Assembly (NCBI GenBank): GCA_963720465.1
Contig: OY970393.1
Location: 864,001-928,000 of the forward strand
DNA length: 64,000 bases
From: Methanobacteriota archaeon
GTDB taxonomy: Archaea > Halobacteriota > Bog-38 > Methanoflorentales > Methanoflorentaceae
Direction: 5' to 3'
This document shows, in pieces, positions 20,940 through 32,045 of the stretch; position 1 is the first letter of the stretch; every line of letters begins with the position of its first letter. A program made the position numbers and the translations under genes. Under the pieces are notes generated by a model. That model worked only from the letters and a program-made list of their open reading frames with translations, was not told the DNA's origin and ran no database searches.

Positions 20940-22217
20940 ATGTTCGAAATCGAAGGAGTTTTAGGAAGACAAGTCCTTGATTCGCGCGGAAATCCCACAG
21001 TGGAGGTGGAAGTTTTCACAGGCTGCGGCTTTGGCCGGGCGATCGTGCCGTCCGGCGCGTCCACTGGATCGAACGAAGCGCTTGAACTTCGAGACAACGA
21101 ATCGGATTTCGGCGGAAAAACCGTGTTACGAGCAGTCAATAACGTCAACACAGTAATTGCGGAAGAAGTCTTCGGCATGGACGTGAGGGCCCAGCGCAAC
21201 GTCGATATGGCGTTGAACGATCTCGACGGGACCCCAAATAAGTCAAATCTCGGGGCAAATGCCATTCTCGGGGTGTCAATGGCAGTTGCTCGAGCAGCGG
21301 CAAATTCCGCGAACATGCACCTTTACGAGTACCTAGGCGGCCCAAATGCGTGCACGTTGCCCGTGCCGTTAATGAACGTGATTAACGGAGGGGCGCACGC
21401 GGGCAACGCTTTGTCTATCCAGGAGTTTTTTATCATACCAATGGCAGCCGAGACATTTTCTGACGCCCTCAGAATGGGCGTCGAGACTTATCACGAACTC
21501 AAGCACGTCTTACAAACACAGTACGGACAGGGAGCGTCGAACGTAGGAGACGAGGGCGGTTTCGCGCCGGCACTGTCCTTATCTTCTGAGGCACTTGATG
21601 CGATCATGACGGCCGTCAGCAACGCAGGCTATGATCAAGAGATGCGCCTCGGCGTGGACTGCGCCGCGTCAGAGTTCTACGACAAGACGACACAAACCTA
21701 TCTGATGGATGGAAAAAGACTCTCGCCTGCAGAGCTAAGCGAGTACTACGAGGACCTGGTGGACCGATATCCGGTAATACTGATTGAGGATCCCTTTAAC
21801 GAGAATGCGTTTGAAGACTTCGCCTATATAACCTCCCGACTGGCCGGCACGACCATCGTCGGCGACGATTTATTCGTGACGAACGTCGACCGACTTTCCA
21901 AAGGGATAAAGCTGGAGGCCGCAAACGCTTTGCTCCTCAAGCTGAACCAGATTGGGACGATGTCAGAAGCCTTCGACGCCGCGACCCTAGCATTTCGGAA
22001 CGGATATTCGGTAGTCGTTAGTCACAGATCGGGAGAGACCGAAGACACAACGATTGCAGACGTTGCAGTTGCATTGGGCTCAGACTTCATCAAAACAGGT
22101 GCTCCGGCGCGGAGCGAACGCAATGCAAAGTATAATCAGCTTTTAAGGATTCAAGAATTCCTCGGAGATGCTGCCTTATATAGAGGTCGAAATCTGCAGC
22201 TTAATCCACGCCTGTAA
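20940..22217 (+). CDS. eno: Enolase
   Basis: DSRGNPTVE, PSGASTG, GDEGGFAP, SHRSGETED. Confidence 0.98.
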   Translation: MFEIEGVLGRQVLDSRGNPTVEVEVFTGCGFGRAIVPSGASTGSNEALELRDNESDFGGKTVLRAVNNVNTVIAEEVFGMDVRAQRNVDMALNDLDGTPNKSNLGANAILGVSMAVARAAANSANMHLYEYLGGPNACTLPVPLMNVINGGAHAGNALSIQEFFIIPMAAETFSDALRMGVETYHELKHVLQTQYGQGASNVGDEGGFAPALSLSSEALDAIMTAVSNAGYDQEMRLGVDCAASEFYDKTTQTYLMDGKRLSPAELSEYYEDLVDRYPVILIEDPFNENAFEDFAYITSRLAGTTIVGDDLFVTNVDRLSKGIKLEAANALLLKLNQIGTMSEAFDAATLAFRNGYSVVVSHRSGETEDTTIADVAVALGSDFIKTGAPARSERNAKYNQLLRIQEFLGDAALYRGRNLQLNPRL

Positions 22218-22569
22218 CACCTCGCAAGGTAACGGCACGCAACATTGCTCGAGGCGCACATCCCTGCTAGTGTCGAAGCAGAGCGTCTCTGGGACCTGTC
22301 GTTTCAGCTGACCTAGTGGCGCTCTAGCGGTCGAAGCAACGCAAACTGTTAGGGTCACGAACCGAGGGACCCGTGGCAACACATCCCGGTTCTCTGGCAA
22401 GAAGCGCAATTAGTCTCAGTACGCGTTATTCTGCAAGAAACGCCCCGAACCGCACGCATCAAGTGGAGTAACGCATCGGCGCCAGCGGTTGTTAGCTAGC
22501 GACGAACGATAGAGAGACCATATCGAAGGCTACTTGTATACTCAGCACACTTGTCGGAACTGACAATCC

Positions 22570-23244
22570 ATGCCAAAACTAGCCGCGCTCCTTCTCGCAA
22601 TCCTGTGTGTGGCGTTTCTTGCAGCGTCCTGCGTGACGGCGGCTTTTTGGGCCGGAACAGCGCCGAGCAGCAAGGCATCCGCGCAGACTGTGGTCGACTC
22701 GCAGTCGAGTCACCTCACGAAAATGGGCGTCGCCGGCCAAACGCACAAAAGCCTAGAACCGACGCCTCGCATAAGCACGACTTCAGGGCGACGCGTGTTG
22801 GCATTGCAATCAGCTGCCATTACTAACGCTACTGAAGCGAGTAACCTTCTGACGGCGAACAATACAACTCGCATCATCGTCCCAATTTCAACAGCCAAAA
22901 ACGCTTCCAATGCAGGCGTGCAGAATAACAACGGATTCACGTTTCCAGCCTGGTTATGGATCTGGGGACCGATTCTCATTCTCGTGATTATTCTCACGTT
23001 TCTTTTGTTTCGACTACTTCGCGAAGGCAACGGCGAACCGCCGGCTGGCAACACGCGACGCCCCGCCGCAACGCAATATCCGTCAGAAACCGGCAAAGCG
23101 CGGCCGCGGCAAATTCCGATAGAAGGGGCAGAAACTGAGGCGGAGCTGACAGACAAATCGCGCAGCCGTGCGAAAGATCAGAAGGTGAAGATACCTATAG
23201 AGACGCCTGACGAACCGCGAGAGACGGAAGAAAAATCACAGTGA
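22570..23244 (+). CDS. Hypothetical membrane-anchored protein
   Basis: N-terminal hydrophobic signal, S/T/N-rich ectodomain, TM segment, charged tail. Confidence 0.65.
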   Translation: MPKLAALLLAILCVAFLAASCVTAAFWAGTAPSSKASAQTVVDSQSSHLTKMGVAGQTHKSLEPTPRISTTSGRRVLALQSAAITNATEASNLLTANNTTRIIVPISTAKNASNAGVQNNNGFTFPAWLWIWGPILILVIILTFLLFRLLREGNGEPPAGNTRRPAATQYPSETGKARPRQIPIEGAETEAELTDKSRSRAKDQKVKIPIETPDEPRETEEKSQ

Positions 23245-23672
23245 CACGCGATCTGAGACCGAAACAGAGATAGAACGATACCCGGACTTATCAGAATAGG
23301 AGCTCCTGCCGATCGGTCAAACCCGCGTGCCTCACCAATGCTTTTGAGTATAGGCCGTCCGACGTGTGTGAGCGGTATCGCACCTCGATGCCGTGACAAG
23401 GAAGAAAGTCCTTGTACCGCGAGCGAACGGGGTTACTTGTTGCCATAGAACGTGGAACGTTCAGCTGTGTCTAACTTGAACAGCCGGGGACTTGAGCTTC
23501 TTCGCGCCCGCAGAGCATCTGCAGAAGCCGTTCTACGCTGTGAATCTCAGATGAGGGTGCATCGATTTCTTCTAGAAGAGACAGCATTTCGCTGCGAAAC
23601 GCTTCCCATGTTCTTTCTTAAGCGGTCATCAAAAAGTAGTTTATTGTACGTGACAAATATTAGTATGGGAAG

Positions 23673-24506
23673 ATGTCGAGAGTCTTCAAGGAACCAGCAG
23701 ATGGCGCTGCAAAGTACGATTTTGTAGCAAGGGCACTCGATCAATTCAGCGATAAAATCGCCTCAGCGTCGTCAATTTTCATCAAACCGAATCTTGTTTC
23801 GAAAGAGGCGTACCCGACCACCACCGATCCGCAGCTTCTCGATACGGTCCTACAGTACCTCCCTGACCACGCCCTAACAGTAGCAGATGGTCCTGCGTTT
23901 GATGCCCCCCTCAACGCATTTTTCGATCGAAAGACGCGTGGTGTAACCAAGCATCATGCGCTGAAGCGCGTGTGCGATGAACACGGCGTTGACTTCGTCA
24001 ATCTTAACAAGGGTCCGTTTGCGAAAAGGCGCAGCGACCGTGGGTTTAGCATCTCTCTTTCTACAGTCCCAGGGTCGTTCGATTTGAAGATCTCACTGCC
24101 TGTGCTAAAAACGCACTCCATTTGCACGCTGACAGGAGCCGTGAAGAACCAATTTGGATTGGTTAGACCGACAGAACGCGTGCGCTTGCACGCTAGCGGC
24201 TTGAATCTGCACAAAAGCATCGCCGAAGCGGCGCTGCTCGAACCGTTCGATATCTTCATAGTCGATGCAGTAGAGACACTCGTCGATGCTCAAGAGCTGC
24301 GTCACGGCGGCAGGAAAGCGCATCTCGGCTACGTGCTTGCGGGAACGGACCCCGTAGCAATCGACTGCGCGGGTCTTGAGCTTTTGAGAACGGTCGATGG
24401 AAGGCTGGCAGGCAAGACGATTGATAACATCCCCCATCTGGCTTTTGCAGAAAGTTATGGGTTAGGAGAGAGGCGACACGAATGCATGGAGCTAATGGGA
24501 ACTTAG
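23673..24506 (+). CDS. DUF362 domain protein
   Basis: IKPNL, TTDP, LPVLKTH, TGAVKN, DPVAID. Confidence 0.88.
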   Translation: MSRVFKEPADGAAKYDFVARALDQFSDKIASASSIFIKPNLVSKEAYPTTTDPQLLDTVLQYLPDHALTVADGPAFDAPLNAFFDRKTRGVTKHHALKRVCDEHGVDFVNLNKGPFAKRRSDRGFSISLSTVPGSFDLKISLPVLKTHSICTLTGAVKNQFGLVRPTERVRLHASGLNLHKSIAEAALLEPFDIFIVDAVETLVDAQELRHGGRKAHLGYVLAGTDPVAIDCAGLELLRTVDGRLAGKTIDNIPHLAFAESYGLGERRHECMELMGT

Positions 24507-25528
24507 ATTTCTTTTGGGTGGAGAAATACCGGCCGCAATCGTTCGAGGAGATTCTGGGCCAACCGGTTGTCAAGATTCAGCTACGGCGCATTGTCGACAC
24601 CAAGAACTTGCCTAACCTGCTCCTCTTTGGCCCTCCGGGGACAGGCAAGAGTTCAGCTGCCGAAGTTGTCGCGAGAGAGCTTTTCGGCGACGTATGGGAG
24701 GGCAACTTCACCGAGATCAACGCCTCAGATATCTTTGAACAAGGGAGGAAGTACCTCGAAGCGTCACGCAGCTTGGCACGTTTTTACGACGAGCGCAAGG
24801 GTGTGCTCGACAATTTCAAGCTGATCATGAACCGGCTTGCCGGAATCGCTCCGCTAGCTGCGCCGTACCGAATTCTGTTTATAAACGATGCCGAATCCTT
24901 GACGCTGGACGCTCAGCAGGCTCTGCGAAGAATAATCGAACGGTACAGTCGGACCTGCAAGTTCATCCTGGCTACCGCGCGCCCGTCGCAAATTATTATA
25001 CCCATTAGATCGCGCTGTTTGCCGTTACACTTCACACAGCTCCCCGCTGACGTGATGCTCGACTTTCTGCGACGAATCTCGATAGAAGAGGGGCACGCGT
25101 TGTCGGACGAGTGCAGCCGCTCGATTGTGGGTCTTAGTGAAGGCAGTCTTCGAACAGCGCTGACGCTGCTCCAGCTCGTCACAGAGGGCAATTCTTCTGA
25201 GGCTCACCCGCTCAACTTGAGCATCCTCGCCGAGCGCGTGCACCCTGAAGGAGTTTCAGAGCTCTTGCAGCTGGCCTTACAAAACGATACGCCCAAGGCC
25301 AGGCACGTGCTCGATCGTCTGTTGCTCGAGACCGGTCTAAGCGGCGGCGAAATTATCACTCAAATGCGGATTCAAGCCCGGCGCATGTCACTAACTGAAG
25401 AGGCACTCGCTCAGCTCCTCGTAGTTCTAGGCGACGCCGAGTACGCTCTCCTTGATGCGCTTAACGAGAGAATTCAGCTCGAGGCGCTCATCTATGACAT
25501 CGCCTCCTCGGTGCCTACAAGCGGCTAG
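24482..25528 (+). CDS. rfcS: Replication factor C small subunit (second-paralogue type)
   Basis: WVEKYRP, GPPGTGKS, EINASD, AQQALRR, IRSRC. Confidence 0.92.
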   Translation: MHGANGNLDFFWVEKYRPQSFEEILGQPVVKIQLRRIVDTKNLPNLLLFGPPGTGKSSAAEVVARELFGDVWEGNFTEINASDIFEQGRKYLEASRSLARFYDERKGVLDNFKLIMNRLAGIAPLAAPYRILFINDAESLTLDAQQALRRIIERYSRTCKFILATARPSQIIIPIRSRCLPLHFTQLPADVMLDFLRRISIEEGHALSDECSRSIVGLSEGSLRTALTLLQLVTEGNSSEAHPLNLSILAERVHPEGVSELLQLALQNDTPKARHVLDRLLLETGLSGGEIITQMRIQARRMSLTEEALAQLLVVLGDAEYALLDALNERIQLEALIYDIASSVPTSG

Positions 25529-25797
25529 TGCTTCGAATCGGCACAGTTGACCTTAGAAAGTGCCGTGTCGCGGTCCGGCACGCCGACAAACTCCACTTTC
25601 TTATCGATCAGTGTAGTTGGAACGCTTCGGATGCTGTACTGGCGAATTAGTTGGAGGCCCTCCGGCGTATAGACCTCAATGTCCTTGTAGTCAAAATCAC
25701 AGCTCTGGTGCAGTTCCTCCCAGAAGCTTCTCGCCATCGGACAGACCGGGCAGCCTTTATGAGTAAGCAGTATTACTTCTGTCATTTCGTGCTCCAC
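25525..25797 (-). CDS. Thioredoxin/glutaredoxin-like protein
   Basis: CPVC, SVPT, FVGVP. Confidence 0.88.
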   Translation of the reverse strand: MEHEMTEVILLTHKGCPVCPMARSFWEELHQSCDFDYKDIEVYTPEGLQLIRQYSIRSVPTTLIDKKVEFVGVPDRDTALSKVNCADSKH

Positions 25798-25878
25798 GCT
25801 CTACTACGCGATTACTTGGATATGAAACTTTCACCGGCGGGCGTCGCTGTCGTCAGGCCGGCTTGAGCGCGGAACAAG

Positions 25879-26982
25879 TCAGAAATTTTGATTGCTAACT
25901 CGATTGACGGCTTCCAGCAAGCGCGCGTTTTCCGGCTTTGTCCTAACCGCTATCCGTATATAGTCGTCTCCGGTCAATCGAAACGACTGACAGTCCCGTA
26001 CCAAGAATCCGCACCGCCTCATCTCACGGGCAAAGTTAGTCGATGAGAGCGACGTGCCTGCGACGTTGACCATAATGAAGTTGGCGTCGCTTTCGAGCGG
26101 GCGCAGCCCTGGTATTTTTTTGAGTTCACGAGTGAGCCAGCGCCGCTGTGCAGCTATTTTCTCGCGCGAGGCATCAAGGTAGGGTTTGCAATCCTTGAGC
26201 AGAGCGACCGTGACTCCATCCGCGATAGAGTTGAGGTTCCACGGAACCCGTATGCTGTTTAATACGTTCGCAAGCTCAGGGTTGGTTATGCCGTAGCTGG
26301 CCCGAATACCGGGGATTGCGAACGACTTAGTGAGGGATCTAAGGACAAACGCTTCGTCGAGATTCTCAGTCGCGACGCTTTGTCGCGGGTCTGAGAGTTC
26401 GATGAAGACTTCATCAACGAGCAGGAAGGCATTTGTCGCGTGACACTTGAGCGCGATATCAGTTACCGTTTTCCTTGCAAGCACTTTGCCGGTGGGGTTG
26501 TTCGGATTGCACAAGAACACCATTCGTACGTCTTCCTCATCCAAAGCGCCGAAAAGGTCTCGTTTGAATGCCTGCTCATCCCACGCAGGCACGATTAAGG
26601 GCTCAGCGCCGCTTAAACGGCACGCGAGCTCGTATTCTCCAAAGGTTGGAGCGGGAACTAGCACTTTGTCGCCTTTTTGAAGAAGCGCCCACGCACAGAA
26701 CCGTATCAGTTCGACGGAACCGTTGCCTGGAACGATCCCGTCAGACGGCACCGCGAGGTATTCGCCGACGGCCTCTCTGAAACGCCTGTACGTGTGATCG
26801 GGGTAGTGATAGGCTCCCTTAAGGGCCTCCTTGACCGCAGACTTGGTGCGCGGGTGCAAGTACGGGTTGAGGCTTGCGCTGAAGTCGAGCACGTTCGACA
26901 TTGTTTCTGAGGCTTCTGTAATTCTACCGCCGTGTTCACAGGGCGTAAAATCTTTTAGATCGTCTCGCACGGAAACTCGCAT
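25879..26982 (-). CDS. cobD: Threonine-phosphate decarboxylase CobD / HisC-like PLP enzyme
   Basis: HGG, LDFSASLNP, CNPNNPTG, RSLTKSFAIPGIR. Confidence 0.88.
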   Translation of the reverse strand: MRVSVRDDLKDFTPCEHGGRITEASETMSNVLDFSASLNPYLHPRTKSAVKEALKGAYHYPDHTYRRFREAVGEYLAVPSDGIVPGNGSVELIRFCAWALLQKGDKVLVPAPTFGEYELACRLSGAEPLIVPAWDEQAFKRDLFGALDEEDVRMVFLCNPNNPTGKVLARKTVTDIALKCHATNAFLLVDEVFIELSDPRQSVATENLDEAFVLRSLTKSFAIPGIRASYGITNPELANVLNSIRVPWNLNSIADGVTVALLKDCKPYLDASREKIAAQRRWLTRELKKIPGLRPLESDANFIMVNVAGTSLSSTNFAREMRRCGFLVRDCQSFRLTGDDYIRIAVRTKPENARLLEAVNRVSNQNF

Positions 26983-26994
26983 GGTCAAAAGCAG

Positions 26995-28200
26995 TTACAC
27001 CTGTGATCGAGTAAGGAACGGCATGAGCTGCTTTCCGAAGAGGGTATTCAGCCGCCCATGTGGAGCCGATTTCTCGTCATAATGCTGCGCGTGGTCTGCC
27101 TTCACCCCCGCCCCGCAGACCGCTATGGGCACCTCAGTGGTCATGTGATCGTGTGTTACGCACGAAGATCCGTGATCTGAAAGGAGAGCAAAGCGGGTTT
27201 GCGCGATGTCCGTGTGTTCGAGCAAATGGCCAACCATCGCATCAATCTTCTCAATTATGATCAGTTTTCCTTCGACGTTGCCATCGTGACTTGCTTCATC
27301 AGTCCCTTCGACGTGAATAAGGACTATATCGTAGTTATCGAGGTTTTCGAGCGCAATTTTGCCTTTTGCTGCCGTGTCGGTGTCGTATTCGCCAGTCGCT
27401 CCCGGTACGTCGACAAGGTCCATGCCGGAGTATTTGCACACGCCCTTTATGACCGGCGCGGCTGCGACGCACAGGCCCCTGCCATACTTCCTCATGGTTG
27501 GATTCAGCCTCCTTATCTGTCCTACAGCCCAAGGCATGACGACGTTGGCCGGTGGCTTCTGGTCGGTGAGACGCCGCAAATTAAGCGGATGTCGCTTCAA
27601 GACCTCGTTGGTTTTCACCATAAACTCGTTGATGGTTTCCGCCGTGTGGAGCGCTTGAGAGGTTCCGTTTGCTGCCCGCGCCCATATCTGTCTGCCAACG
27701 CCATATTGGGTCGGCAAGCTTACGTCAACGCTAAAATCGTCGTCGCGTAGCACGAGAGCGCCTTTGAAGCCTAGAGTTTGCCTAAAATCGAAAGAGACGG
27801 CGTCGAGTTCCACCATGTCGTTGACGGCGTGCTCAAGCTGCTTAGCTTCATCTCTGATCCGCCCTGCCCTGCCGTCGACGAGCACGAATTGGTTATCTAT
27901 GGTGGCGAGGTTGACCCGAAAGCCCACGTCTGTGGGGCCAAGGGCCAAGCCCGCCCCAAGCGCCTCATACGCCCCACGGTTTGAAGGAGACAGGTTCACG
28001 TCGTGGCCGAGCATCGCCAAATGGGCGGCGTCACTGTCAACCTTGATGCCGGGCCTTATCGCGTAGAACTGACCTATCGAACCCGAACGCACGACGTCAT
28101 CCATATGTGGCGTCTCTGCATACTCGAGCGGAGTCTGGCCTCGGAGCGCCTCGAGCGGCTCATCTGCCATCCCATCTCCGATAATAATGATCAGTTTCAC
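26995..28200 (-). CDS. apgM: 2,3-bisphosphoglycerate-independent phosphoglycerate mutase (ApgM family)
   Basis: IGDGMAD, TPLE.A.TP.MD, SDAAH, DEASHDG, SDH. Confidence 0.9.
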   Translation of the reverse strand: MKLIIIIGDGMADEPLEALRGQTPLEYAETPHMDDVVRSGSIGQFYAIRPGIKVDSDAAHLAMLGHDVNLSPSNRGAYEALGAGLALGPTDVGFRVNLATIDNQFVLVDGRAGRIRDEAKQLEHAVNDMVELDAVSFDFRQTLGFKGALVLRDDDFSVDVSLPTQYGVGRQIWARAANGTSQALHTAETINEFMVKTNEVLKRHPLNLRRLTDQKPPANVVMPWAVGQIRRLNPTMRKYGRGLCVAAAPVIKGVCKYSGMDLVDVPGATGEYDTDTAAKGKIALENLDNYDIVLIHVEGTDEASHDGNVEGKLIIIEKIDAMVGHLLEHTDIAQTRFALLSDHGSSCVTHDHMTTEVPIAVCGAGVKADHAQHYDEKSAPHGRLNTLFGKQLMPFLTRSQV

Positions 28201-28550
28201 ATCTAACGGAAGGCAAAAATCAAACAAATACTTTTGCATCGAGGCAGCGACCACTGCGCGGTCGCTCGCTTTTTTTAGCCACGAAGCCGAGCAGGCCGCG
28301 TCTTGGAATCTGCGCTAATGCTCACGTCAGTAATGATCCGATGCAAAAAAAGAGGCGGTTCCGTGAAAATTGGCGCAAGCAAAGTGTAGGCTATCGACAT
28401 CGAGTCAGTGCTTGCACCAGCTTTCTAGAAAAAGCCATTATATTCGAACTCAGGGGATCGATTAAAGTGATGGTGTTTTATACTGTTAGGTACTGCGCGA
28501 CGGTGTGCAAAGGGCTGTCGGCGCCGTGAGCCAAAGAGGAAGAGAAGTTT

Positions 28551-29213
28551 ATGCTTGAGTCGCTGGTTCGGCAACTGAAAAGCAGCGATCCGGCAGTCCG
28601 GACGAAAGCAGCTACCACCCTTGGAAATAGCGGCGAAAAAAGCGCAGTATCGTTTCTTGTAAGAGCGCTTGTCGATGAAAATAGGCACGTTCGCCGAGCC
28701 GCTTCTGCAGGCCTTGGACAAGTGTGGACGGATGAGGCGGTAACGCCCTTATGCACGGCTCTAAACGATACCGACTGGTTTGTCCGATGGAATGCTGCGC
28801 TGGCTCTAGGACTGATATGCGATCCACGAGCCGTCGATCCTCTCATCGACGCTTTGCACGACGCCAATAGGTACGTGCGTCGAAACGCCTCCGAAGCTCT
28901 TGGAAACATCAAAAACGAGAGCGCAACCCGCTGGCTCATTGAGTCGTTGCAGGATCCAGACGTGGACGTCAGGTGGAACGCGGCTGACGCACTCGGAAAA
29001 CTGCGAGACCAGCACGCAACTGATCCTCTCGTTCACGCATTGGGTGACCCGGACGAATTCGTGCGTGAGCGTGCCGCGGACGCGCTCGGCAGAATAAGAG
29101 ATGTACGCGCAGCGGCTGCCTTGCAGGCCGCGCTCAATGACCGCAACGAAGACGTTCGAAAAACTGCGGCGGAAGCGCTCGAAAAAATCGAGCTCAGAGA
29201 CGCGCGATCGTAG
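28551..29213 (+). CDS. HEAT/PBS-lyase repeat protein
   Basis: Repeated L.D.D..VR..AA.ALG units. Confidence 0.92.
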   Translation: MLESLVRQLKSSDPAVRTKAATTLGNSGEKSAVSFLVRALVDENRHVRRAASAGLGQVWTDEAVTPLCTALNDTDWFVRWNAALALGLICDPRAVDPLIDALHDANRYVRRNASEALGNIKNESATRWLIESLQDPDVDVRWNAADALGKLRDQHATDPLVHALGDPDEFVRERAADALGRIRDVRAAAALQAALNDRNEDVRKTAAEALEKIELRDARS

Positions 29214-29314
29214 TCGGGGTTAGGTGCTATGACCGCGTCAATGGTGCGAGATTAATGCGTGCTAAAGACCGCAACGTTTTTAAATATGATTATGCTGTCA
29301 CTACAACAGGAAGC

Positions 29315-29578
29315 ATGGCAGACACTCTGAGCACGATGGCAGAAGTGGACCGCGCCGTCGCAGCGATCAAGCAAATAAAAGAGCGGACCGCGAAGTTGCC
29401 GCCAGTACTCGTAGAAGCTTATAGAGAGACTCTTGAATCGGCTAGCAGCGCAATCGTCCGTCGATTCTTTGAAGGTCTCGCAAATCAATGCCCCGATGCG
29501 TTGGAATACTTCATAGACGTAGACAAACAAAAAAAAGTCGACGACGAGAAGCAAACCAAACTCGATACCATCTCATAA
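29315..29578 (+). CDS. Hypothetical protein
   Basis: Helical-looking ORF, ATG after AGGAAG; no recognised family. Confidence 0.45.
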   Translation: MADTLSTMAEVDRAVAAIKQIKERTAKLPPVLVEAYRETLESASSAIVRRFFEGLANQCPDALEYFIDVDKQKKVDDEKQTKLDTIS

Positions 29579-30078
29579 GGAGCTCAAACTGCGTCGGCTT
29601 TCTCAAGCACGAGGCACGCCAGACAAAAGACCTTTTTTTCAGTTGGGCGGCTTTTTGCACGGAACGCCTCAGCATAGACAAAGGAGCACTTCGTTCTCGG
29701 CGTGGCGACATGCGTACTCGACGAATCCTTAGGAACGCCGTAGCCAGAACCGTTCCGATGCACTCGCCCAGGCGCGAACAGTCTGGCTACGCGATGAGAC
29801 CTTGACCCTTAACGTGCGTTTAAGCTGGAGTAATCTGTCATTGTGTCAATCAAGCCGATGGCGAAAACGATTTTAAGACGTGCAAAGTTGCCTTTTTCCG
29901 TTATTTTTTAGTCATCCACGGTTGAAATGGCAATGAGAAAGGTAAATAAAGGCTACTTGCGATATTTTGGCGATACGAAAAAGGGAAAACTCTTTAATAA
30001 TGAGATCGATATTCTTGCGCTTTTGATCATCCTCGTATTTATCGGTACTACGACCACTTATGCGGGCAAGGAAGAAGA

Positions 30079-31167
30079 ATGACATCCGTGGCGGTTGAGC
30101 GAGCATACGCACGCCTAGGTGATTTCAGACTGCAGGATATCAGCGTCAGCGTCGAAAGTGGTGAATTCTTTGTCATTCTTGGTCCCAGTGGCGCTGGGAA
30201 AACGGTCTTGCTCGATCTGATCGCAGGATTTATTTATCCACGACAGGGGCGGGTGCTCCTCGACGGAACAGACATATCTTTTTTACCGACAGAGAGGCGG
30301 CATATCGGCTACATGTTCCAAAACTATGCGCTGTTCCCAAACATGAGCGTGTACAAGAACATCAAATTCGGTCTGAGGTATACGAAGCTGGCCGATTACG
30401 GACGAAGAATCGAGGATATCATGGAACTGGTGGGGATTGCTAAGCTCAGAGACCGAACCCCTACCACGCTGAGCGGTGGAGAGCAGCAACGAGTGGCTCT
30501 CGCTCGATCCTTGATTCTTGAGCCGAACGTTCTCCTTCTCGATGAGCCCCTGAGCGCTCTCGACAGTCGGTCACGAGATTTGCTTCGCGAAGAACTGCGA
30601 GATGTGATTGACCGGTTTGAGATTACGGCCTTATTCGTGACCCATGACCAGACAGAAGCCCGGTTGTTAGCAGACCGGCTCGGGGTTATGTATGATGGCC
30701 GGCTCATACAAACCGGTTCGGTGCATGAAGTCTTTGACAAACCGGACGATAAACGGGTTGCCTCGTTTGTTGGGATGGAGAACCTTTTTGAAGGTGTGGT
30801 TGTTTCTCAGAAAGGCGGAATTATTACCGCCGACATTGGCAATGCTACTATTGAAGCCGTCGCAAACGATGAAAGAGGCGACAGGGTCGTTTTAGGGATC
30901 AGACCGGAAAACATTACCGTGATGCTCGAACAGGTTGTCAGCAGCGCGCGGAACACTTTCAACGGCACGGTCAAGCAGATATTCTATCTCGGACCTATCA
31001 ACAAGGTGATTATCGACTGCGGGTTTATGCTAGCTGCGTACGTCACAAACATCTCAACGGAAACGCTCAGACTCGATAAAGGCAGCGAAGTTAGCGTCGC
31101 TTTCAAAGCAACGGGAGTAAACGTGATCAGCAAAGGACAGCGAAGTCGCAAAACTATGCCGCGCTAA
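30079..31167 (+). CDS. modC: Molybdate/tungstate ABC transporter ATPase with TOBE domains
   Basis: GPSGAGKT, LSGGEQQR, LLLDEP, C-terminal SSARN TOBE. Confidence 0.9.
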   Translation: MTSVAVERAYARLGDFRLQDISVSVESGEFFVILGPSGAGKTVLLDLIAGFIYPRQGRVLLDGTDISFLPTERRHIGYMFQNYALFPNMSVYKNIKFGLRYTKLADYGRRIEDIMELVGIAKLRDRTPTTLSGGEQQRVALARSLILEPNVLLLDEPLSALDSRSRDLLREELRDVIDRFEITALFVTHDQTEARLLADRLGVMYDGRLIQTGSVHEVFDKPDDKRVASFVGMENLFEGVVVSQKGGIITADIGNATIEAVANDERGDRVVLGIRPENITVMLEQVVSSARNTFNGTVKQIFYLGPINKVIIDCGFMLAAYVTNISTETLRLDKGSEVSVAFKATGVNVISKGQRSRKTMPR

Positions 31168-31595
31168 GCGCAGAAGCAGACGCACTCGTGGGCGTTCAGG
31201 CATTGATATCAGTGCATTTCGATTGTGACCGTTTACACGTCGAGCGTGGGGGGTAAAACCCTTTTCTTTGGCATCGGTTTTTTGCTGTGATTTCAGTCTT
31301 TACTCGGCAAGTCATTATGTGCTCTGTAACGTCTTTAAACGTTAGAAAATTCTGATTTTTTTATAAAAAAATATAAAGAACGGCGCTGCGTTGAGATCGC
31401 GCAGTCGGGTTTATATAGCGCTGCTAGACTACCCTTTTTTTAGAGATTGTGCTGTCACGGAGATAACCAGTCAAGAACTTATTGCGAACGTTGTGTGAGG
31501 CCCCCGCCTTCAGAAAAGTGACACTTTGATAGACCAAGACGGACCGGCCTTCAAAGCTCACCTTGAGGGACTCTGAAACACAAAGGAATTCGGCC

Positions 31596-32045
31596 ATGGG
31601 ATGTAAAACGAAACTCAATAGAGCGCTTATAAAAGCCATTGTTGAACTAGTCTGGAAAGGATTTTCCGATTCAGAGATCAGGCAGCGAATCAATGTGCCT
31701 AAGAGCACTTGGAATGACTGGAAGCGGCGCGGGGAGGCAGAAGCGCGTGGCATCTTCCACGAGTTTTCGCTCGAATTTAACCGCGCTGTGGCTTCGTTTT
31801 CCCATTCGTTGTATGAAGCCCAGATAAAAAGAGCGCAGGATGGTGACCTGGCCGCTGCGACGTTTCTCGCCGACAGGCATCCTCGCTTGAAGGATTACCG
31901 CAAAAAGACTCACGAGAAGATAGAAAGCGAGCATAGGCTAGCAACAAAAGAAGTAGGTATCGGCTTTGTCATCGCATCCAATGAAGAACTCAACAAGCGA
32001 ACCACAGAAGCGCTCCGACGTTACAAGCGAGAGCACCCCTTATAG
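31596..32045 (+). CDS. Putative terminase small subunit (HTH)
   Basis: G.KTKL, HTH KSTWNDWKRRG, GDLAAATFL; overlaps TerL start. Confidence 0.7.
   Translation: MGCKTKLNRALIKAIVELVWKGFSDSEIRQRINVPKSTWNDWKRRGEAEARGIFHEFSLEFNRAVASFSHSLYEAQIKRAQDGDLAAATFLADRHPRLKDYRKKTHEKIESEHRLATKEVGIGFVIASNEELNKRTTEALRRYKREHPL

Noticed and set aside
24482-25528. Deviant Walker B (NDAE) in RFC small subunit as a novelty
   Set aside because: Consistent with the known second RFC small-subunit paralogue of Methanomicrobia and haloarchaea.
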